Positions 1 to 10,100 of a stretch of DNA of 64,000 bases are shown here, one piece after another; the stretch's first letter is position 1; the number at the start of each line of letters is the position of its first letter. The position numbers and the translations under genes are program-made. Origin of the DNA: Lepidodermella squamata (taxonomy: Eukaryota; Animalia; Gastrotricha); assembly GCA_047495785.1 (NCBI GenBank), contig JBLDXI010000013.1, positions 2,666,001 through 2,730,000 on the forward strand. The letters run 5' to 3'. Below the pieces are notes generated by a model. The model was not told the origin of the DNA. It worked only from the letters and a program-made list of their open reading frames with translations, and searched no databases.

Positions 1-261
1 TCAAAAAAATGTATGATGTGTTTTCACACTGCTGGGCTGTGCAACAGCCAAATGCAATCGTTCTTCGAGCTGAAAATTTGTTGGGCGGGGTTGTATGCAA
101 AGAGGAGCTTCGATGTATTTATTCATCGATGAGCTTTGGGGAGCGATCTAACGGCAACACCGTTGTTCATTCTACCTATCAACTTAATCATACGAGTCAA
201 TAACGAAAACTGAAGTGGAATTTATTTAATGCGGCCAATAATATTATCGCGACAGAATCAA

Positions 262-2009
262 TCACCGATCAGTAGCCTGAGAAACCAAGACAGTATCCAT
301 GCTGAAATCAAATACTGATCCGGGATCGTTAGCTTGACTCGCAACAAGCTCCGCTGCCGTTGGAGCTTTCTCCATCTCTTCAATGAGCCTGGCAAAATTG
401 ACCTCTGTCTCTTTGTCCAATCTGATACCGAGGCGATCCAACAGCGCCTGTTCTTTTTGAGTCCGGATTCGCGCCAAATTATCTGCATACAACCGTTCGC
501 GGATCAATTCTGCGTGCTGTCGAGATAAGTTAGTCTATTACAACGATAAAGGCAATCATTAGCAAAGGATCGCCAATGATCAAATAAAGTCACCTTGTGG
601 TCACGAAGGGCTTTGGTTTCGCGAATGAGTTTTAAAATTTCGAACCGCAACTTTTTATTTTCGTCTTGAATACTCTCGGTATGTTTCCTCAAAAACTCCA
701 CCGCGCTTTTTGTGATTTTGGAGCTCATTTCTTGAACATGCTGATCGGCGTTCTCGCGCAACTGCTTTTTCTCCTTTTCTATCCGTTGGCGCAACTTGCT
801 TATTTCTTGGCCTTGCTGTATTCGCATTAGTTTAACTTCTCGGTTCAGCTGCTTTATTTTCGCCTCTTTCTCTTTTTGTACATCCTGGATAAGTGACGAT
901 GAAAATTAAAATTGGAGACAAAAAAGGCATTCAATTACTTTCAACGGCTCTAGCTCCGAAAGCTCTGCTCTTGTTTCTTGCAATTTTTGTTCCTTCTCCA
1001 GTAGAATTTTCCGGAGCTCTGAAAAACAGTACTCAAACATAAAGACTAATGCAAGTCGGCTAAAACAATACCTTCTTTCTTTAATTCGTACTCCCTCAGC
1101 ATTAGTTCCTTTTCTTGCTGAATTTTTTCTATTTCGACCTGGCAATAGTCGGTTATAGTGACTATATTTTCTTTTCGCTTAGCGATTTTGAGGTCGATGT
1201 AGCTGGCATACTTATGCTGAAGGTAAATCAAACGTAAAATGCAAGAATGCATATTATACGCAAGGCAAATGCATACATTTTGTATCCGAATTTCGTTTGA
1301 ACGCTCTTGCAATACGGAGTATTCCTCTTGCCTGGAAAGCATATTAGCTTGAGGGAAACAGAACATTTTGATAGTTGATTGAAACTTACAATGCCTTAGT
1401 GCGTGCTTTGAGCAGTTTGTGTTCGTCCTCCAGTTTTTCCAGCCTTGAAGCGAAATAATCAAGAGATAAAATGAATCTCAGTTTTAACCATTGAGCAAAT
1501 AATTAAATTTATTGTACTAGAGAACTGTTGTCTTAACGAATAATTAACCCTTGCTGTTTGCCACCCTTCAGGATAGCAATCACGCTGAACCCCCAAAGTA
1601 AGCTGACTATCAGACGCGTAAGAACCATAAGAAGATTATTTTTATTTCCGTGGGCAGAAAAAATAATGCCATTTACAAATGACTGTTGAGTTTTAAGCCG
1701 TTCTGAAATCAGGAAATCATTGAGAAAAACGCTGCGACCCTTATTCTAAAAGCTACTGTAATACTTTAGAATCCGAATAAAGATAAGAAATTTTGAAAAA
1801 CTGCTTTATATTAAAAAAACAAGATTCGGATCAGAATCTGATTTCTTGATTTTATAAGGTTGTAAGATTTAATTCTTCAAAATGGAAACTTACTCCTCTT
1901 GCAAAAGAACCTCTTTCAGCGGCGGCTGATTAGCATTGGGATCAGCTGGAGGAGCGTCCTTCTTTTTTGACCCTCCGCTTTTCTTTTTCTTGTTTTTGTC
2001 TTTCGACAT
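262..2009 (-). CDS. Coiled-coil protein, CCDC166/CCDC121 (DUF4515)-like, 7 coding exons
   Basis: ATG 2009 (MSKDKNKKKK...), canonical short introns join HKYASYIDLKIAKRKENIVTITD, ELRKILLEKEQKL..ELEPLK and EFLRKHTESIQDENKKLRFEILKLIRET, resembling CCDC166 segments (YASYV..., HTQAIKADNGRLRQELL); stop at 262. Confidence 0.75.
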
Positions 2010-2345
2010 AGCTGCCCAATTTGTTAGTAACAGATAACAATAAAGGAGATCGGATATCTGAATAAAACAATGTTGCATTAAAAATTATTCAATTTTTCTC
2101 TGTCATAAGATTTATCTCATGATTGGATTGGAAAAATTATAGTTCACACTTGGAGAATGGATTGAGCTAACGCAACCAATTGCCATTCCTGGTTCATCAA
2201 GAGTGATGGTTTTCATGGGTGCTATCGACATGCAATTACCAGTAGAGAAAACTACGCATTAGAATAACTAATTTATAAACAAGGTCGCTAACAATTCGAT
2301 CGTTGAAAAACTCGACAATGAGAAGGATGGCCAGGCAAGCTAGGC

Positions 2346-2359
2346 GTTGTCATAACAAC
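2346..2359. promoter_or_regulatory. RFX X-box motif upstream of the CCDC166-like gene
   Basis: GTTGTCATAACAAC fully matches the X-box consensus GTHNYY-AT-RRNAAC, about 340 bp upstream of the ATG. Confidence 0.55.
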
Positions 2360-2978
2360 GACAAATATAAAATTACGTCAAATAGTTTTTTACTTTATTC
2401 AATTAATTTTCTAAAATAATTTTAAAATGTTGGCCTCGTTTAAATAACACATCGAAATTTTTGACCCCTTCCGACCACGCGACAAAAATGTTTTGTAGAG
2501 CTTTTCCACGCTGTCTCAAGTGTAAGCTCTCACTCTCTCAATGTTGAGCATCGAGATAGTACATGCCTTTCTCGCGATATGCTTTGGCCTATTGCTTCGC
2601 GCCGTGCTGCGCTGCTTTGATGAAGAGCGGACTTTTCTCTCTTGATCTTGATACTAGTTACTTCGGGTATGCGTTATGTAGCTCATCGCTCTTTTGCAAC
2701 ACTTTCAAATTCCATTTTTTGTGACACTGCGAGATCTTCGACCTACCGTCGCTTTGACCTGGGTGATAACGAATAACAATTTAGAAATACATTGAATTGA
2801 TACCACATGTTTTGATAGCCTGTTTTCGTAGCCAAGCTCAAATGGAAATTGCCACTAATTATTAAATGATATATCATTATCGATGTCATTATGATGCGCT
2901 GCTGCATCCGGCAAAGCTTTTCAGTTTCTATTTTAATTGTTTTTTTCACATGTTTCCCAATATTAATCCTAACGATGC

Positions 2979-2989
2979 GGCGCCATCTT
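2979..2989 (+). promoter_or_regulatory. YY1-type motif in RPL22 promoter
   Basis: GGCGCCATCTT about 80 bp upstream of the RPL22 ATG; YY1 sites are common in ribosomal-protein promoters. Confidence 0.4.
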
Positions 2990-3064
2990 ATGACAGGGAT
3001 AATTTATTTTCCTTGCTTAATATATAGGATTTAAGAAGTAGTAACTTCAATCCGCTTCGAAACA

Positions 3065-3595
3065 ATGGTGAGCTTCTTTAGATACTTTGAAGACTGTTAT
3101 CTTTACTATTGTTTTAAATCAGGTTGTCAAGACTAAGAGCAAGAAGTCCAAGGCACCTCACCCCAAGGGAACATCTGGTCCTCGCAAAACCAAGAGCAAG
3201 CGCACCACCTGGAAGTACACGCTTGAATGCAAACAGCCAGTCGAGGATGGCATCATGGATGTCGCTGACTTCGAGAAGTACCTCCGTGATCGTATCAAGA
3301 TTAATGGAAAAACTAACAACCTGGGCACCAATGTTCAGTTGGAGCGGTTGCAGAAACACAAAATTGTTGTTACTGCTAACATTCTCTTCAGCAAACGGTA
3401 GCAATCTCACGATTGTTTTCCGATAATGCTAAAGACAATTTTGTGTCGTCCTCTCACAGGTATCTGAAGTATTTGACTAAGCGTTATTTGAAAAAGAATA
3501 ACCTCCGTGACTGGCTTCGCGTTGTCGCCTCCTCGAAAGACGCCTACGAGCTGCGCTACTTCCAGATCAGCAACGAGGATGAAGATGAGAAATAA
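3065..3595 (+). CDS. RPL22: 60S ribosomal protein L22 (eL22); exons 3065-3067, 3123-3397, 3460-3595
   Basis: [39 protein letters not shown]...[27 protein letters not shown]...YELRYFQI; GT-AG junctions in phase; AATAAA at 3676. Confidence 0.98.
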
Positions 3596-3756
3596 GTAAC
3601 TCATTTCAAAGTCAGGTCGAGCAGATAGTGCGCATTGAAATTTCTGTGGTATCCTAATTTTGCGAGAAAAAGGGGAATAAAATGAGAGAATTTGGTGCAT
3701 TTTCATGCTTTCTTTTAATAGACTTTACCGTTATAAAAGTATAATACTTCAAAATC

Positions 3757-5383
3757 ATGGCCGAAACGTAAGGTTATCCTCATTTCGTGGGCATTAATTT
3801 ATTCAGTTGATTTTCTCAGCGCTGACATTGCCGTGATTGGACTTGCCGTTATGGGCCAGAATCTCATCTTGAACATGAACGACCACGGTTTCGTCGTGTG
3901 CGCTTACAACCGCACCGTGGAGAAAGTTGACGAATTCTTGCAAGGCGCTGCTAAGGGTACCAACGTTGTTGGTGCCCATTCGGTCGAGGAAATGATTCGC
4001 CTCCTGAAAAAGCCCAGGCGCATCATGCTCATGGTCCGCGCTGGCTCAGCTGTTGACGACTTCATCAAGCTTGTTCTGCCTCATCTTTCTGCCGGTGACA
4101 TTATTATCGACGGCGGAAATTCGGAATATGTCGACACCAACGTAATTATATTATAATAACCTGTTTTAGATTAGTTCTGAAATATCCCTGTTACATAGCG
4201 CCGTTGTGCTGAGCTCCGCCAAAAAGGTATATATTTCATTGGAACCGGTGTTTCTGGTGGCGAGGAGGGTGCTCGCAAGGGACCTTCTATTATGCCTGGT
4301 GGACACATTGAGGCATGGCCCCACGTGAAGAATATTTTCCAGTCGATCGCTGCCAAAGTTGGCGAAGAAGACTGTTGCGATTGGGTTGGAACTGACGGTG
4401 CAGGGCATTTTGTGAAAATGGTCCATAACGGCATTGAATACGGAGATATGCAAATCATTGCTGAAACTTACAGTTTGATGGAACATGTGGGTGGTATGTC
4501 ATATGATGCGATGGCTGATGTTTTCGATCGATGGAACGGTGGTGAACTTGAGTCTTTCTTAATCGAAATTACTGCCGGAATTTTGCGCTACCGTGACCCT
4601 GCCTCTGGACAACATTTAGTTCCATTGATTCGAGATGCTGCCGGCCAGAAAGGCACCGGAAAATGGACTGGCATTGCCGCTTTGCAGTTTGACATGCCGC
4701 TGACACTGATCGCAGAATCCGTGTTTGCTCGCCAACTGTCGGCAATGAAAGATGACCGAGTTGCCGCCAGCGAGATTCTAGGCGGGCATGCTCTTGAGAA
4801 TAAACAGAAGCTGACTCAAGCCGATTTGCAATCGTTCAACGAAGACTTGAAGAGCGCACTTTACGCGGCTAAGATTATTTCTTACGCTCAAGGGTACATG
4901 CTACTGAAGGCTGCCGCTGCCAACTTCAACTGGCAGTTGAACTTGGGCAACATCGCCTTGATGTGGCGAGGAGGTTGTATCATTCGAAGCCGCTTCTTGG
5001 GTAACATCCGTGACGCGTATGCTCGCGATCCCGATCTCCGTAATTTGATGTTGGACGGCTTTTTCAGCCAAGTTCTGCACAAAACCATTGTGAGAGTTTA
5101 ATTCCCTTGTTTAAAAATTGCTCATTTTCCTATTTTCAAGCCTGGTTTGCGTCGTGTTGTGTGCCGCGCTGTTTCTGTCGGAATTCCAGTTCCGTGCCTG
5201 TCAGCTGCAATGTCATTTTACGATGGTTTCCGTTCCAGCCGTCTGCCTGCCAACCTGTTGCAGGCCCAGCGTGATTACTTTGGAGCCCACACCTACGAGC
5301 TGAGCAGCAACCCCGGCGTGTTCCATCACACTGACTGGACCGGCCATGGCGGAAAGACTGCATCGTCTCAGTACACGGCATAA
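3757..5383 (+). CDS. PGD: 6-phosphogluconate dehydrogenase, decarboxylating; exons 3757-3767, 3820-4141, 4199-5089, 5141-5383
   Basis: [70 protein letters not shown]. Confidence 0.98.
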
Positions 5384-6099
5384 CTATCGTATAAAACCAT
5401 GAAACTGGCCAAGCTTTGAGACTTTATTGACAAAATGATAAGAGAAATTGTTATTTCTATGTCTATTTTTTTGCTTGCGGATGTTGAATTTGAGGCACAA
5501 TGTCACGCTTATGGCTGCACTCACTCCTGTTTTGTAACGAAAGAATAACAAAGATTTCATAAAACCGGTTGTCATTTATGCTTATCGACAATAATTACGG
5601 TGTCATTTCAACCACGTACAATCTGTGCTATCGTATTTTATGATGATTCTGAATAATAGCTACGTTCGAAAATACTTGCGGAGTTTCCAAGTTTGACGAT
5701 AAAGACTGAATAAATTGAGTGGTTTCCCCAGTTTCAGCTACCTTATTATTTTCACGATCGATCAATTATCACGTGCCTAGTTGATTAATAAGCAGAATAA
5801 CTTGCACTCAGAATTCAGTCATGCATTGTCAAACTACGAACCTACGCCCAAATTCCTGCCTGCTTTCTTGTTACCGTCGAACATTGATACTTTATTTGAG
5901 CAAAACTAACATGCATACTAAGCTGTTTAACAGATTTCGTAGTGAGGTAAATCACATTTATTGTACAATATTTTCTTTGTTATGTTAGATTTTACATGTG
6001 AAGTCATTCGCTAATACCCACTCTCACACTGACGACGGCGAAAATCAAAAGTACAGGTAGGCATTAGTGAACTATTTTTGACACGTTTTGATTTGCCGA

Positions 6100-7020
6100 G
6101 TTTTCGCGCTTTCAAGTAGGTAGTAGGAGTAGCTGCAGGAAAGACGATAGAGATATTATGCAAATTGTGCGCTAATCTGAACCGGCGTTACTTAAATTCC
6201 GTGCGCCGACAGGCGTATCGATCGAGGGACTGCTTTTCTCGCGACGGAAACGTGGCTCTCAACTCGATTTATAATGACTTTCATGCGTGGTTTGCTGAAA
6301 ACTGCGAACGAGTACTAATGGCCGGAATTCGAATGCGCGTTCTCAAACTAATGACTTGTAGCCAAAAAATTTCAGTCTTACGATCGATTAGGAATTGAAG
6401 CCGCGCGACAAGTCGTTATTTTGGCGATCAAAAGTCGCGCGCCCGATGATTATCTCGAGAAGAGAAACACGCGCGCTGCTCTGATAATTAGGCGGCGCGG
6501 CGCGGGCAGCGTTGCGCACGGCGATGCGCCTGGCACGCTTCGATCTCTAAGGCTTCAAGAGCGCATTAGTTGTGTACGCGCGCGCTCGCGTTTATGGCCC
6601 AGTTTATAGCATCCCGAACGGTTTTTACAGCGCTGTGCGCCGCATCCAGAATGGTAAGTGTGTAAACACAGCCGTCTGCTGCGTGATGGATCCATGGGCT
6701 TGCTGCTGCTTCTGCTGCTGCCTGTATTCGCTTCGCCCGGGCCCGCGTTACCATTATGCTGCCGTGTTTTAATGCCCGGTATCGTTCTTTTATGAGCTGA
6801 TAGAGGTAGCATAGTCCTAGCTATCTGCATTGGCTTCTGTACATCGACCTGTGTTATCCACGCGTCGTGAATCGCGATTTGAGGACTCACGGTCGCTCGT
6901 ACACACATATTATATACACCCGCCATGAATAGTTTTTTAGGCGCGCGCGTGCCCGCGAATTCAATTCCCGTCGATTGATCAAATTGAATTTTGTGGTCGC
7001 GGTAATGAGCTCGCGCCTTC
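6100..7020. promoter_or_regulatory. CpG/CGCG-rich promoter and 5' UTR region of CAMTA
   Basis: More than a dozen CGCG words; donor ATG|GTAAGT at 6651-6659 and acceptor at 7103 imply an upstream, mostly non-coding exon. Confidence 0.5.
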
Positions 7021-7188
7021 GCTGAATGCGTCTGCTGCGATCAATAACCCAAAGATTTTGCAACCCTCGTCCACTTCAGTTAACTAATTCATTTTTTTCG
7101 TAGACGTGAATTTATGCTTGCGCCGACACTGATGACACTGGCAACAAGCTGCTGGCCCCCGCCGCCTAACTGAAACAGCACACACTTC

Positions 7189-10100
7189 ATGGACCTCCTC
7201 GACGGGGTCGCTAACGAGTGGCAGTCTTTTGACGATGTCGATGTTGCGTCAGAGAGTATACCAAGCGTGCTCAGTGGCACTTTTTCGAAGCAGGAAAGCG
7301 CCGATGATGGTATTTTGCCCCAATATTACCTATTGATACTACTCTAATTTTAATTTTTTTTGTAGTAGCAGCTATGAATTTACCGGACGTTACCCCGGCC
7401 ACCTGCATGCCGGCTACAAAGCATTCTTGGAATACTAACGAGGAGGTTGCCGCTATACTTTTGGCTTTCGACCGGCACGAACACTGGCAACACCGATCAC
7501 TAACTTTGCGACCTTTTTCGGGTTCGATGTTTCTCTACAACCGAAAGGAGATCAAATTTAGACAGGACGGCTACGCCTGGAAAACGGGCAAGAAGGGCAA
7601 GTTGCGCGAGGATCATATGAAGCTGAAAATAGGCGGTGTCTCAGCCATTTATGGTCTATATGCCCACTCAGCAATTTTATCGACCTTCCATCGTCGCTGC
7701 TACTGGCTATTAGCGCGGCCGAATCTCATTCTTGTTCATTATCTCAATGTCATTCCCAAAGGTAATTTTTTCAGTTGATTCATTATTGCTCATAAGCCCG
7801 TATTATAATTTGTAGATGATGCCATAAAGCTGTCTCTTGGGCCAGCTACCAGTCTTTCAACCGATGGAAACTTCGCGGCATCTTCGCCGCCATCTTCGAC
7901 ATCAGCCTTAAACCGCGACTCGATATTGCAGCAACTGTGTCCTATGTTCGGCTTGCCTTTCCCCTTAAACCATCACCATCAGCAAGGTACCGTCGCTTTT
8001 TCCGTCGGAAGCGGTGACGAAAGCCCTGCAGCAATGCAACAGCGGGTGAGTTTTTACTCGAGTCCTCATTTTTCCAAAAAAAATATGGCCTGAATGCTCG
8101 TTCGCCCTCGCCCTCTTCAACGAAGGATAAGTAAACAAGCAGGAGAAAAAACCTTCGATGAAAGCAATGCGCTTGCACAAAGGCAACCCTACGGGCTGCG
8201 TATTTTTTATTACCTGCTCAATAATTTCACGAGCGTGTGAAAATTATCATGTGTTTGAACTGAATTCAGGCGATAAATGCCTTCATTCATTATTCAATCA
8301 AGATTCTTCAATTTTCGAGTGTTAAATCGATCTGATATAGGAATTATATTTAGCTTCTAGATGGCCATTTCACGGGTTGCTTTGGGAGCTATTCTAGATT
8401 GAAAAATTTGATTACACAAATTGGCAATAGCAATTTAACTTCGTTCGCAAACTTGTTGCACATATCTATAAGAGGACGCCATATATTACTCGTTGTGGTC
8501 AGCCAATTTGCGCTTCAGACCTTTTTGAATGCTACACACGAATCTCAAGGTTTAAAATGACCACTATTTGCATTTCCATCGTCTTGCGCAGCGCTTTTTC
8601 GGTTGATTTAAGAAAATAAAAAACTTGCACCGAGCTAATTTGTGAAGTGAAATTGACGAAAAGTTCAAGATATGGGTGATCCCACGCGTTGCGGACAGAC
8701 AAAAATGACAAAATCCGAAAATTCGTATGTCATTGTAAAATAATCTGAGTTCCTCGTTACGAAAACCTTAGGTGAATTTTGTAGCGCAACAATCATTCTT
8801 TGTAAAGAACATTTTCCCAGATTTTTTGGACAATTTGTTCACAAAAAAAATTGTCAAAATGTCGCGTTGCGGACAGACAAATTCAATGTGTCAGTTTTGG
8901 GTACTACATTTTATTGCTCCAATTCTCGCATAAATAGCGAGGCTATGAGAGTAATAATGTTTTTAAGGTCATAGGGTCACTAATTGGGATAAATGGGGAA
9001 AAATAAATGTCCTCCTTTTGTCACGGTCCACATTCTAAAATAACCATGTCGCGGACAGACAATCATTTTTAGGCCGATAGTTGCCATAAAAAAATGTTTC
9101 CAAAATTTCATATTCCGAGCGCACTGGAAATGAATGTTTCGTTATTTTTCAGTTTGAAATGTTGGTTCGGCTCGTTGATATGGCCCTACCAGCGAAGCCT
9201 AATTGCGATCCAGTGATAAATAGCAGCAGCTCTTTCGCCGACCTCGCCAGCACCTCGCAACAGGCCTATTCAGCGTCGATGATGTCGCCCCTGAACCCGC
9301 GCCTTGCCGGCACCCCGGTTAACGTTCCTTCGCCTTCAACACGCCCTATTTTGCCTAAATCAGCCTGCGCGACTTCGACCAGTGAGTTGGCCTGTCCGCA
9401 GTCGATGATGGAATGCAGCAACGGCAGCTACTATCAACAACAATGCATGCCGCCTCCACCGCCTCCTCACCCGGTCAGTGCGGCTATCAATGTTCGATCC
9501 AACAAACGGCCTCTCGATCCAAATGTTGGCGGCATCATGTACGTCGACGATATTCAAAACCTCACAGGTTCGTCACAACAAGAGCCGACGGCGTATGTCG
9601 TGAACTCGCCTCAGCCTTACGTGTTCTGGAATTCTTCGCAACTGCAGCTAGTCCAGCAACCTCAACAGAAACCATTTTTCGGCAGTTATTCCTCCGACGC
9701 CGCGTCGCCTCGACGCGTTTCGTGCTCGAGCGGCGTCGGAGGTACGGTAGCACACGCCGCGCTTCAGTCGACCTTCTCAGCCCCGTGTTCCGTTGACCAG
9801 CAGCAACAACAGCAATCTTCTTCCATGTCGTATTCTGGTGGTGGCGGCGATGATTCAGCCTCCAACTTTTTCTCCTCATTTGCCTCGTCTGGTGGCGGCA
9901 ACGATGCCGATATGCTATTCCCGCCTTTTGCCGATATATCGTCGGCCGATGTTGACGAGCTGTTGCAGTGCAACTCGCCGCTGACATCAATGCCGCCCCA
10001 ACCACTAGCTAATCGCGACTTGCCCTCATCTTCGTCTTCTTCCTCGCTATCGTCAATGATGATGGCGATGGATCAGCAACAGCAACATTTCCAGTATCAG

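Noticed and set aside
2460-2760. Coding-like minus-strand segment between CCDC166-like and RPL22
   Set aside because: All frames contain stops and no family is recognisable; at best a decayed fragment.
8685-9063. CRISPR-like repeat-spacer array
   Set aside because: Only three short imperfect repeats with about 165-bp spacers, in a eukaryotic intron, with no cas genes.
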